DNA from: Pseudomonadota bacterium
GTDB lineage: Bacteria; Bdellovibrionota_B; Oligoflexia; Oligoflexales; RGVZ01
DNA: 16,393 nucleotides
NCBI GenBank assembly: GCA_041178085.1
Contig: JBEGVZ010000076.1
Coordinates: 1-16,393, forward strand
Direction of reading: 5' to 3'
Part shown: in pieces, positions 7,536-15,652 of the stretch
Layout: each line of letters opens with the position of its first letter
Numbering within the stretch: the first letter of the stretch is position 1
Made by a program: the position numbers and the translations under genes
The notes under the pieces: generated by a model
What the model was told of the DNA's origin: nothing
The model's input: only the letters and a program-made list of their open reading frames with translations
Database searches by the model: none

Positions 7536-9090
7536 GACCAGAGAACCAGCAAAGGTGGCCGTCATTGGCAGTGGTTTTGGCGGACTTGCTGCAGCGATCC
7601 GGCTGCAGGCGGCAGGCCACCAAGTCGTCCTGTTTGAAAAACGGGACCAACCTGGTGGCAGGGCCTATGTATACCGGGACAAGGGATTCACGTTTGACGC
7701 AGGTCCGACTGTGATAACCGCTCCGGACTGTTTACGTGAACTGTTCGATTGTGCCGGCAAGAAGCTGGATGATTATGTCGAACTCTTGCCAGTCACCCCA
7801 TTTTACCGGCTATTCTGGGAAAGCGGCTTCCGCTTCGACTACTCGAATGATCCGGACAGCACATTCGATCAAATCCAGAGAAAATCCCCGTCTGACGCCA
7901 AGGGGTACAGGGATTTCCTGGAATACTCGAAAGAAGTTTTCGACGAAGGATACACCAAGCTGGCGCATGTCCCGTTCCTTGACTGGTGGAGCATGATTCG
8001 TGTGGCTCCCCAGTTACTTCGCCTGAGTGCCTATCGATCGGTATTCAAGACCGTGGCTCGCTTCATCAAAGACCGGGAGCTGCGCCAGGCTTTCAGCTTC
8101 CATACCCTGCTGGTCGGTGGAAACCCCTTCAAGACATCTTCCATCTATACGTTGATCCATTATCTCGAGCGCAACTGGGGAGTCTTTTTCCCGCGCGGCG
8201 GCACTGGAGCCCTCGTGAGGGCGCTGGTCCGGGTTTTTGAAGAAATGGGTGGCGAGGTGCGGCTTTCCACCCCGGTTGAGGAAATCGTCACGCAGGCTGG
8301 AGTCGTAACAGGTGTCAGAACGGCCAGCGGAACCTGGCCTTGTGATGTCGTGATCTCCAACGCCGACGTGGTGCACAGTTACAGCCACTTGTTGCGCAAC
8401 GCCGCAGAGGCGGAACCATCCAGAAAAAAAGCGCTGCGGCAATCGCAGAGCATGTCCCTTTTCCTGATCTATTTCGGCACCAAACGGCAATACCCGGAAC
8501 TGGCGCACCACAACATTCTTTTCGGCAAATCATACCGTGGTCTGCTGAAAAAAATATTCAGCAAGGCAGATGCCATTCCCGAAGAATTTTCTCTCTATCT
8601 TCATGCGCCAACGCGATCAGACCCGGGTATGGCCCCAGACGGCTGTGAGGCATTTTATGTGCTGTCACCTGTCCCGCATCTTGGCCATCTGGACATTGAC
8701 TGGAAAAAAGAAGGGCCTGCCTACGCAGACAGGATCCTCGATTATATTGAGAAGCACTACGCCCCGGGGCTGCGACAGGAAATTGTGACGCAGCGGATCT
8801 TCACACCGGAGGACTTCAAGCTTGAACTGAACGCCCACCTGGGATCTGCATTCTCCAGTGAACCTGTGCTCTGGCAAAGTGCGTATTTCCGTACGCACAA
8901 TCGCTGCGACCAGCTCAAAGGCATGTATTTCACGGGAGCCGGAACCCATCCCGGTGCCGGGGTGCCCGGTGTCGTCAATTCCGCAAAAGCAACCGCAACA
9001 CTGGTGATCCAGGACTTGATGTCGGAAAAGATTCCCGCAGGCAGCCGACCGGATGAAGGCCTTGAACAACTCAGTATCATCCCAAGTTGA
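7528..9090 (+). CDS. crtI: Phytoene desaturase
   Basis: 520 aa. VIGSGFGGLAAAIRL FAD-binding motif, FDAGPTVIT, LLVGGNPF, SAYFRTHNR, GAGTHPGAGVPGV. Confidence 0.97.
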   Translation: MRKTREPAKVAVIGSGFGGLAAAIRLQAAGHQVVLFEKRDQPGGRAYVYRDKGFTFDAGPTVITAPDCLRELFDCAGKKLDDYVELLPVTPFYRLFWESGFRFDYSNDPDSTFDQIQRKSPSDAKGYRDFLEYSKEVFDEGYTKLAHVPFLDWWSMIRVAPQLLRLSAYRSVFKTVARFIKDRELRQAFSFHTLLVGGNPFKTSSIYTLIHYLERNWGVFFPRGGTGALVRALVRVFEEMGGEVRLSTPVEEIVTQAGVVTGVRTASGTWPCDVVISNADVVHSYSHLLRNAAEAEPSRKKALRQSQSMSLFLIYFGTKRQYPELAHHNILFGKSYRGLLKKIFSKADAIPEEFSLYLHAPTRSDPGMAPDGCEAFYVLSPVPHLGHLDIDWKKEGPAYADRILDYIEKHYAPGLRQEIVTQRIFTPEDFKLELNAHLGSAFSSEPVLWQSAYFRTHNRCDQLKGMYFTGAGTHPGAGVPGVVNSAKATATLVIQDLMSEKIPAGSRPDEGLEQLSIIPS

Positions 9091-9091
9091 A

Positions 9092-10036
9092 ATGACACCC
9101 GGCCAGGCAATCCGGCAGGGCTCAAAAAGCTTTGCGCTTGCGTCGCTCTTCTTGCCGTCAGCCTCCCGCCAACGCGCACTGATCCTCTATCAATGGTGCA
9201 GGAACTGCGATGACGCGATTGACGAAGCGCCTGACGCTGAATCTGCACGACTTCAACTTTCCAGGATGGAGGACCGGGATTTAGCCGGCCCCACCCTCGC
9301 AGGGCCGGAGTGGCTCGACGACTGGCAGCGATCAGAATTCATAGCCGGGATGCGCATGGACGTCGAGGGACGGTCCTACGAGCACCTGGAGGACCTCGAG
9401 CAATATTGCTTCCGCGTTGCCGGGGTCATCGGACTTATGATGTGTCCGCTTTTAGGGGCGCATCCTGAGATGGCTCCTCCGCATGCCGTCTCACTTGGCT
9501 GCGCCATGCAATTGACTAATATTGCGCGGGACGTACAGGCAGACGCGCGCCTGGGGCGGGTTTATATTCCGCAAAAGTTACTGCCAAACTTGATAGATGA
9601 TCAGGCGAATTCCCTTTGCGCCCACCCTGAACTCACGCACGCAGCCGTGCGGATTCTTCTGAGTCGCGCGGACGAACTCTACGAAAACGGATTTCATGGC
9701 CTCGCGTGGTTGCCTTGGCGCGTTGCATTCGCGATCGCAGTTGCAGGCAAGGTCTACCAGCGAATTGGACACAAACTCCTGCGTACAGCTGCAGTAAACC
9801 CCTGCCGGGCGTTCGGAAACAGGACCGTCGTTTCCTTACCCGGCAAGCTGTCTGCCGTTGCATCAGCTGGATTGCTGGTGCTGAAAATCAAAATTATCCG
9901 GTCACGGAGCGGATTGAGACCGGTCACCATTCCGGCTTTTGGTCCCAATCGTGGCGGCAAGAAATCCAGCCACCGCGAACCACCACCAGGTCTCCTGGAT
10001 GCCACGACTCATTTCGGGCCCACCCTGAAAGATTGA
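9092..10036 (+). CDS. crtB: Phytoene synthase
   Basis: GSKSFALAS, YQWCRNCDDAID, GMRMD, YCFRVAGVIG, QLTNIARDVQADARLGRVYIP. ATG 9092 lies 1 bp after the crtI stop (alternative start 9053). Confidence 0.95.
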   Translation: MTPGQAIRQGSKSFALASLFLPSASRQRALILYQWCRNCDDAIDEAPDAESARLQLSRMEDRDLAGPTLAGPEWLDDWQRSEFIAGMRMDVEGRSYEHLEDLEQYCFRVAGVIGLMMCPLLGAHPEMAPPHAVSLGCAMQLTNIARDVQADARLGRVYIPQKLLPNLIDDQANSLCAHPELTHAAVRILLSRADELYENGFHGLAWLPWRVAFAIAVAGKVYQRIGHKLLRTAAVNPCRAFGNRTVVSLPGKLSAVASAGLLVLKIKIIRSRSGLRPVTIPAFGPNRGGKKSSHREPPPGLLDATTHFGPTLKD

Positions 10037-10128
10037 CGCCAACGCGCCAAATAATACTCCAAAAGCTGCTCCGCCTGCCGTCCACGATGCGATTTGGACT
10101 ATGGCCTTAGGCCTGGGAAATAAGCCTC

Positions 10129-10893
10129 TCATGAATTCCTCCTGCTCGCGGGCAGCCGGAACCATGGCAAGCCCGGATGCTTGTGATGGGTCAGATGATA
10201 ACCGAAGTGCCAGCAGGAAATCAGCGACAATAACCACGGGTAGCCTGAATCCCGTGCATGATGCCGGTCTGCAAAAGGCTTTCCGGCCTTGGGGCGATGT
10301 GGCAGCCACGTACCGAAAAAAAACAATTGGATCCCGCTCAAAACCGCCGGCAGAACCCAGAACTGGATCACATTTCTTTCGGGGATTTTCAGCACATGAA
10401 AGAAGACCTGTGCCACAGCCATCAAGACCAGGACCTGGCGAAGGCCCAGATACTGCCGGAAGAATCGCCAGCCCCACCCTACGAAACCAGCTCCACCGGG
10501 TGTCGACTGATCGTAAAAATCGGGATCTTGTGAGGATGCCACGTGCAAGTGATGGGCAGCGTGTTTCGGGACCAGCTGGTCAAAGTCGAAAGCAGCATAA
10601 AGCGCTGCCGTGATACGGCCAAGCCACCGATTCAGGCGTGGATTCCCTGGGCAGGCCGTTCCGTGGCAGGCGTCGTGGGTGACGATAAACATTCCACAAT
10701 AGAGAAACTGGATCCACAACACCAAGGCAAGTGCGGCTGGCGAGTCCGGCAAAATCCCCGTCTGGAATTGAAAAAAAGCGTAAAAAATACTTCCTGCCCA
10801 CAAACCGATGACAGCAACCGCCAGAAAGGGGGCAAGCAGATCGCGTTTATCAGACAGAAAAATGCTGGAATTTCCTTGTTCAGGGCGGATCAG
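10129..10893 (-). CDS. crtW: Beta-carotene ketolase (CrtW type, fatty-acid-desaturase superfamily)
   Basis: His boxes GMFIVTHDACHG, KHAAHHLH..DPDF and CWHFGYHLTHH, plus LFFFGTWLPHRP and PWFRLP. The frame stays open upstream of the called TTG (10803), through a hydrophobic helix, to a CTG at 10893 preceded by AGAAAGGA. Confidence 0.9.
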   Translation of the reverse strand: MIRPEQGNSSIFLSDKRDLLAPFLAVAVIGLWAGSIFYAFFQFQTGILPDSPAALALVLWIQFLYCGMFIVTHDACHGTACPGNPRLNRWLGRITAALYAAFDFDQLVPKHAAHHLHVASSQDPDFYDQSTPGGAGFVGWGWRFFRQYLGLRQVLVLMAVAQVFFHVLKIPERNVIQFWVLPAVLSGIQLFFFGTWLPHRPKAGKPFADRHHARDSGYPWLLSLISCWHFGYHLTHHKHPGLPWFRLPASRRNS

Positions 10894-10927
10894 GTGCTAT
10901 CCTTTCTGGATTAAAAGGGTCCCGGCC

Positions 10928-11773
10928 ATGTGGGCATTGTTTATCATCAATGCGATATCAATCTTCGGATACGCAACTTTTACGCTACATCCGGAATTGC
11001 TGGCGCGCTACCCCTGGTCACCGCCGATCTACGCCGTGTCTTATCCCCTGTTTGCTCAACTGCAGATTTTTTTGGGGTTCTGGCTGTGCATAAGGGCCTG
11101 CCACAAGGCGATGAAATGGCGCTGGATCAGTTATTTCATCCCGGCATTTCTCATCAGTTTTGCGATGGAGTATGGCGGCACAACTTATGGCATTCCGTTT
11201 GGAAAATATACCTACACAAGCCTGCTTGGTTGGAAAATCGCCGACAAGGTGCCACTGCTGATTCCAATTAGCTGGTTTTGCATGTCCTTGTGTTGTTACC
11301 TGCTATCGGCCCTCATCACAGGCGGGACACGCCGCCCGATCTTTCACCAGCCATCCAGGCGATGGCAGCCATCCCTGGAACGCATCGGTCTTGCGGCGCT
11401 TTTGATGATTGCCTGGGATTTTACCCTCGAACCAGCAATGAGCCAATTGACCCCTTACTGGGTCTGGGAGGAATCTGGTGTCTTTGTTTTTGGCGTTGCA
11501 GTGCGTAACCTGCTCGGCTGGCTGATTACTGGTCTGATGATTTTTTCCAGCTTTGAAGCGCTTCGCCTGGGTGATTATGTCTCCCTCTTCGCGGCAGAGT
11601 GGCCAGGGCATTTTTACCTGCTAAACCTATTTCTTCCCCTCGGACTCGCAATGGCTGGCGGAGCGTGGGTCCCCGTTTTCCTGACGACTGCGGTTCTTGT
11701 GGCCTGCCTTGTCTTTGCCTTGACGAGGGGAACCCTGCGACGCGGGCTGCTGATCCGTGGCACCGCAACATAA
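10928..11773 (+). CDS. cruF: Carotenoid 1,2-hydratase (CruF family)
   Basis: 281-aa multi-TM protein. EYGGTTYGIPFGKYTY..LG....VPLLIPISWF, WDFTLEPAM, YWVW, NLLGW. Located in the crt cluster. Confidence 0.88.
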   Translation: MWALFIINAISIFGYATFTLHPELLARYPWSPPIYAVSYPLFAQLQIFLGFWLCIRACHKAMKWRWISYFIPAFLISFAMEYGGTTYGIPFGKYTYTSLLGWKIADKVPLLIPISWFCMSLCCYLLSALITGGTRRPIFHQPSRRWQPSLERIGLAALLMIAWDFTLEPAMSQLTPYWVWEESGVFVFGVAVRNLLGWLITGLMIFSSFEALRLGDYVSLFAAEWPGHFYLLNLFLPLGLAMAGGAWVPVFLTTAVLVACLVFALTRGTLRRGLLIRGTAT

Positions 11774-12413
11774 CAGGACAATCCGCTGGTTATGGGACCG
11801 CTACCTGGCATTCAGGTACCGCGGGGCTTTCGCCGCCATTCACTTCAATCTTTCTGCCGCCGAGGGCAACCTCGATCCTTCACTGCCGGTCATCCTGATT
11901 CCCAACCACATCAGCTGGTGGGATGGATTTATGTGTTTCGAGATCCAGCGGCGGCTGCGGCCAGGTTCGGGAATTTATTCGTTGATGCTCGAAACCGAAT
12001 TGCGGAAGTTTCCGGTTTTAAGACAGGTCGGATGTTTCGGGATACATCCAGGCAACCCGGCAAGTGTGCGCAGGGCATTCATGCAGTTTCGGGACCTCGT
12101 CACCGCAGACCCATACCGTACCTTGACTTTTTTTCCGCAGGGACGGATTTCGCCAATGCGCCAACGGCCTTTGCGATTCTCACGCGGCATTGAACTTCTG
12201 GTCAGGCTTTCCGGACGTGTCCAGTGCATCCCTGTCGCCTTGCACATCGAACCCTTGAACGCGGCCAAGCCAACATTTTTTGTTCATGCCGGGAAACCTA
12301 TCGACAGCCGTGACCGGAAAATCACTAGCAAACTGCTGGAAGAAGAAGTCACCAATCTTTTGGATCAAGTCTCGATCACCAGTCCGATGAAGTTCCTTAC
12401 GGAGGGAACCTGA
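11757..12413 (+). CDS. PlsC-family acyltransferase, probable carotenoid-glycoside acyltransferase (CruD-like)
   Basis: 218 aa. NHISWWD (HxxxxD) and FFPQG motifs. The GTG start overlaps the end of cruF by 17 bp and the stop overlaps the GT2 start. Confidence 0.85.
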   Translation: MAPQHNRTIRWLWDRYLAFRYRGAFAAIHFNLSAAEGNLDPSLPVILIPNHISWWDGFMCFEIQRRLRPGSGIYSLMLETELRKFPVLRQVGCFGIHPGNPASVRRAFMQFRDLVTADPYRTLTFFPQGRISPMRQRPLRFSRGIELLVRLSGRVQCIPVALHIEPLNAAKPTFFVHAGKPIDSRDRKITSKLLEEEVTNLLDQVSITSPMKFLTEGT

Positions 12414-13576
12414 TGTCGCAGTGGACAGTCATGCTGCTAAACGGGCTGGCCTGGCTTTCCCTCGGGATGTTGATTGTCGCCGCCATCATGGCGGTCCTCA
12501 ATGCGATCTTTACGGGCCGGCTTCGTCTGGATGCAAAGCCTGTCGCCGACGGCCCACTGGTCAGCGTACTGATCCCAGTTCGCAATGAGTCAGATAACCT
12601 CCGGAATCTTTTACCCGCGCTCATGGCGACTACATTCAAAAACATTGAGGTGATCGTCCTTGACGATGAATCCACCGATGGATCCCATGAAATTGCCTTT
12701 TCGATCCTTCAGAACGCCAGCTTCCCCGCGCAAGTCGTTAACGGCCAGCCGTGGTCGCCGTCGCTAGGTCTCTCGGGCAAGACACATGCGTGTGCACAGC
12801 TCGCGGAATTGGCACGTGGAGAGATCCTGATTTTCTGTGACGCTGATGTACTGCCTTCCCCCGACGCTGTGGGACTCACATCTGCCCATTTGTCGAGCCC
12901 TGGGTTTCGTGATCATGCGGCCGGCCTGTCCGCACTTCCTGGGCAGTCCTGTCGGGGGTGGCGCGAACGCTCACTTATCCCCTGGGTCATGCACTTGCCG
13001 CTCATGATCACGGTACCTCTTTTTTGCTCGTGGCGATTGCCAACTGAATCCATCCAGATCGCCAACGGCCAGTGGCTCGCGTTGTATGCGCGTGACTACA
13101 TCGCCAGCGGCGGCCATCGAGCCCTGGGCGCGACTCCGTTGGAGGACGTCACCCTGGCAAGGCAGGTCCAGCGCAAAACCGGACGTGGAGTCCGCCCAGT
13201 GTTTGCTGCCAGCGACATTACTGCCGCGATGTACGTCGATTGGCACTCAATGGTGAATGGATTCTCGAAAAACCTTGTCTCAATTGGCGGCGGGACGCCG
13301 GGACGGTTCCTGGCCGTAATCATGTTGCTAAACATTGTCTTCCTGTTTCCCATGTGGGGTTGGCTGGTTCAACCCGGTTTGGCAGCAACCGGACTTCTGG
13401 CGTGCGTGCTTTTGCGCCTTGTGACGGCCACCGTTTTCAAGATGCCAGCCTGGGATTTGTTGAGGCACCCAGCTAGTTTGTTTTTGCTCGACCTGGCAGC
13501 CTGGAAAGCGATCAAGACCAGCTTGCGCGGCGCTTATGAATGGAAAGACCGGGTGGTTAAATGGTCCGCAACATGA
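12413..13576 (+). CDS. Family 2 glycosyltransferase, probable hydroxy-carotenoid glycosyltransferase (CruC/CrtQ-like)
   Basis: 387 aa. N-terminal TM, VSVLIPVRNE, DDESTDG, GKTHAC, FCDAD (DxD), ANGQ, LEDV, C-terminal TMs and WKDR. Located in the crt cluster. Confidence 0.88.
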   Translation: MSQWTVMLLNGLAWLSLGMLIVAAIMAVLNAIFTGRLRLDAKPVADGPLVSVLIPVRNESDNLRNLLPALMATTFKNIEVIVLDDESTDGSHEIAFSILQNASFPAQVVNGQPWSPSLGLSGKTHACAQLAELARGEILIFCDADVLPSPDAVGLTSAHLSSPGFRDHAAGLSALPGQSCRGWRERSLIPWVMHLPLMITVPLFCSWRLPTESIQIANGQWLALYARDYIASGGHRALGATPLEDVTLARQVQRKTGRGVRPVFAASDITAAMYVDWHSMVNGFSKNLVSIGGGTPGRFLAVIMLLNIVFLFPMWGWLVQPGLAATGLLACVLLRLVTATVFKMPAWDLLRHPASLFLLDLAAWKAIKTSLRGAYEWKDRVVKWSAT

Positions 13577-15615
13577 ATGCGCGCGATCCAGATTTTGATG
13601 TGATCATCATCGGTGGCGGGCTTGCCGGGATGATGCACGCTGATTTTATCGCGGATGACAAGTCGCCGGATCTTCGCGTGGCGATAATCGATCCCGACCC
13701 GGATTTGCTGGCACAAAAGACCTTCGCTGCGTGGCGTCTGAAGTCCTCGCTGCCGCATCGATACTCCAATTGCGTCGAAAATCGCTGGGGGCATTTTCGG
13801 ATCACCTGCCAGGACGGCCAGCAGGTTTTGCGGGACTTCGGCGCACATTGCTATGAGCGAATCCCAGGCGAGCGATTGATGACCAGGATCCGGAGCAGGC
13901 TCGAAGGGGATTCCCGCTTTCAAATCCTTCGGGATGAAGTCACCACCATCTTGGACGCGGGCACTTCGCAAAATCCCGGCCAGGCTGGACAAGTTACGAC
14001 TGCGTCTGGAGAAGTTCTGTCCGCAAAGCGGATTATCAGCTCCGTGACGGCAGGAGATCCAGAAGTCCTGCAGTATTTCCTTGGCTTTGAAGTGGAAACG
14101 ACAGTGGACCACTTTGATCCCGACGTGGTGGACTTGATGGACTTTCGCGTTGAGCAAGAGAGCGACGTCAGATTCGTCTACATACTTCCGTTCACGAAGC
14201 GGCAAGCACTGGTGGAGTTCACAGTTTTCTCCGCGACACGGATATCGGCACCGGAATGCGAAGCTATCCTTCGCGATTACATTGGAAAAAGCCTGGCATT
14301 GCCGGATTTCACGATCACAAAAGTTGAATCGGGAGCAATCCCCATGACGCTGAACGCACAGCCACGTTTTCCAGCGGCCAGCATGCGTTCGGTCATCGAG
14401 GTTGTGGGGGGCGCTGCCGGCATGGTCAAACCAAGCACAGGATATTCTTTCCAGCGCAATTTTGAATCTCTCAATGACCCGTCGCGCCTGACCTCAACGA
14501 CTTCATACTGGCATTTCCGTTTCCAGGTATACGACGCCTTGCTGCTACGGATCATACAGGCCAAGGGCGCGATGATCTCAAAAATTTTCCCTGTGCTATT
14601 CACCGCGAATGCACCATCCAGGATCTTCGCATTTCTTGACGAAAAATCTGCGTTCTTCGATGAAATAAAAATTTTTTTTCGACTTCCGTGGATCCCGTTC
14701 CTTGGCAGCCTTGTGGTTTTATACCCGTTTTTGTTCGCTTCGTCGGCCAGCGCCATTCTTTACCACACGGTCGGCGGCGCATCCGTCTGGGTCATTCCAG
14801 TCATTGGCTTGCTGACAACTGGAATTGCGCACGGAAGCCTGGATCACTTGCTCGACCGCGAAGACCGAAGCCGCATTCCGTTTTACACCCGATATATCGG
14901 CTCCATCGCGGCATTCCTGTTCGTCTGGTACATCTATCCGCCTCTGGCATTTGCTTTTTTTATTTTTCAATCAGCGGATCACTTTGGTGAGGCCAACTGG
15001 ATACGCGCCCTGCGGAATTCCGGGTATGCGGCTTGGACGCGTGCGCTTGCCTGGATTTGGGGAATGTTTGCCGCGCTTTTTGGCGTTCTCGTCCATTGGC
15101 AAGAGGCCAGCCCCATTGTCCAACGGATTCTGCAGGACTCCGTACCTGTCTCTGCCCTTTCAGCGAGTGTCGCCCGCGGGGCTGGTCTGCTTATTTTCGT
15201 TGCCGCCTTGCTGGCGTCATGGACACTCGACCGCTATGAACGCAAGGTACTGGGGCGGGCAGTTTGCGGCCTGCCGGCGACCGCGATGCTTGGCATGTCC
15301 ATCCTGGCTTTGCCGTTACTGCCCGGCTTTTTCTGCTTCTTCGCTTTCTGGCATGGATGGGACTCGATCGTAGCGCAGCGGGCTGCCACGGGCTGGACAT
15401 CAAAGGAGTATGCACTCCGGGCGGCGCGCTATACGTTTATCAGCGTTACAGGGATTTTCCTGCTGTTCGTGTTGTATTCAGCGTGGTCTGAGCACGACCG
15501 TATCTGGCAAATACTCTTTGTCATGATTGGCGCATTGACTGCCGCACACGCGCCAGTCATGAAGGGTTTTCTGAAAAGAAAACCGCCCCGCTTTTGGAGC
15601 GGGGCGGTTAGCTGA
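13573..15615 (+). CDS. crtY-blh: Fusion protein: lycopene beta-cyclase (CrtY) plus Blh/Brp-family beta-carotene 15,15'-dioxygenase
   Basis: One 680-aa frame with an ATGA overlap on the GT2 stop. N-half: DVIIIGGGLAG, LMDFR, FVYILPF, ALVEFT, ESGAIPM, GGAAGMVKPSTGYSF. C-half is multi-TM: GIAHGSLDH, SADHFGE, FFAFWHG, ALTAAH. Confidence 0.9.
   Translation: MNARDPDFDVIIIGGGLAGMMHADFIADDKSPDLRVAIIDPDPDLLAQKTFAAWRLKSSLPHRYSNCVENRWGHFRITCQDGQQVLRDFGAHCYERIPGERLMTRIRSRLEGDSRFQILRDEVTTILDAGTSQNPGQAGQVTTASGEVLSAKRIISSVTAGDPEVLQYFLGFEVETTVDHFDPDVVDLMDFRVEQESDVRFVYILPFTKRQALVEFTVFSATRISAPECEAILRDYIGKSLALPDFTITKVESGAIPMTLNAQPRFPAASMRSVIEVVGGAAGMVKPSTGYSFQRNFESLNDPSRLTSTTSYWHFRFQVYDALLLRIIQAKGAMISKIFPVLFTANAPSRIFAFLDEKSAFFDEIKIFFRLPWIPFLGSLVVLYPFLFASSASAILYHTVGGASVWVIPVIGLLTTGIAHGSLDHLLDREDRSRIPFYTRYIGSIAAFLFVWYIYPPLAFAFFIFQSADHFGEANWIRALRNSGYAAWTRALAWIWGMFAALFGVLVHWQEASPIVQRILQDSVPVSALSASVARGAGLLIFVAALLASWTLDRYERKVLGRAVCGLPATAMLGMSILALPLLPGFFCFFAFWHGWDSIVAQRAATGWTSKEYALRAARYTFISVTGIFLLFVLYSAWSEHDRIWQILFVMIGALTAAHAPVMKGFLKRKPPRFWSGAVS
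15571..15609 (-). terminator. Intrinsic terminator of the rhodopsin transcript, embedded in the crtY-blh 3' end
   Basis: Perfect 12-bp stem AACCGCCCCGCT (15581-15592) / AGCGGGGCGGTT (15598-15609) with a 5-nt loop. On the minus strand it is followed by TTCTTTT and starts about 45 nt after the rhodopsin stop. Confidence 0.8.
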
Positions 15616-15652
15616 TTTTGAATCAGTTCTTCGCGGGTGTTTTACCCGGGAA

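Noticed and set aside
10037..10128. Terminator between crtB and crtW
   Set aside because: Only 5-bp stems (GTCCA/TGGAC, GGCCT/AGGCC) without a U-tract.
9902..10613. Overlapping ORFs 9902-10477 (-), 10101-10613 (+) and 9706-10110 (+)
   Set aside because: Alternative-frame or antisense shadows of crtW and crtB with no family motifs.
10129..10893. Reading crtW as a generic fatty-acid desaturase or CrtR/CrtZ hydroxylase
   Set aside because: HDACHG, DPDF, FFFGTWLPHR, CWHFGYH and PWFRL together are the CrtW signature, and the context is a carotenoid cluster.
10808..10927. 40-aa N-terminal extension of CruF
   Set aside because: Basic and non-membrane in character, and antisense to the extended crtW 5' end. 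ATG 10928 begins the first TM helix.
15352..15366. Blh half inactive because HxxxH reads HGWDS
   Set aside because: Four other family His positions are present, and I recall Blh homologues with WHSxxS at this site. Not evidence of decay without an alignment.
13534..15491. ORFs 13534-14205 (-), 14277-14756 (-), 14825-15373 (+) and similar
   Set aside because: Shadows of crtY-blh. The Blh motifs are in the same frame as CrtY, so none of these is a separate blh gene.
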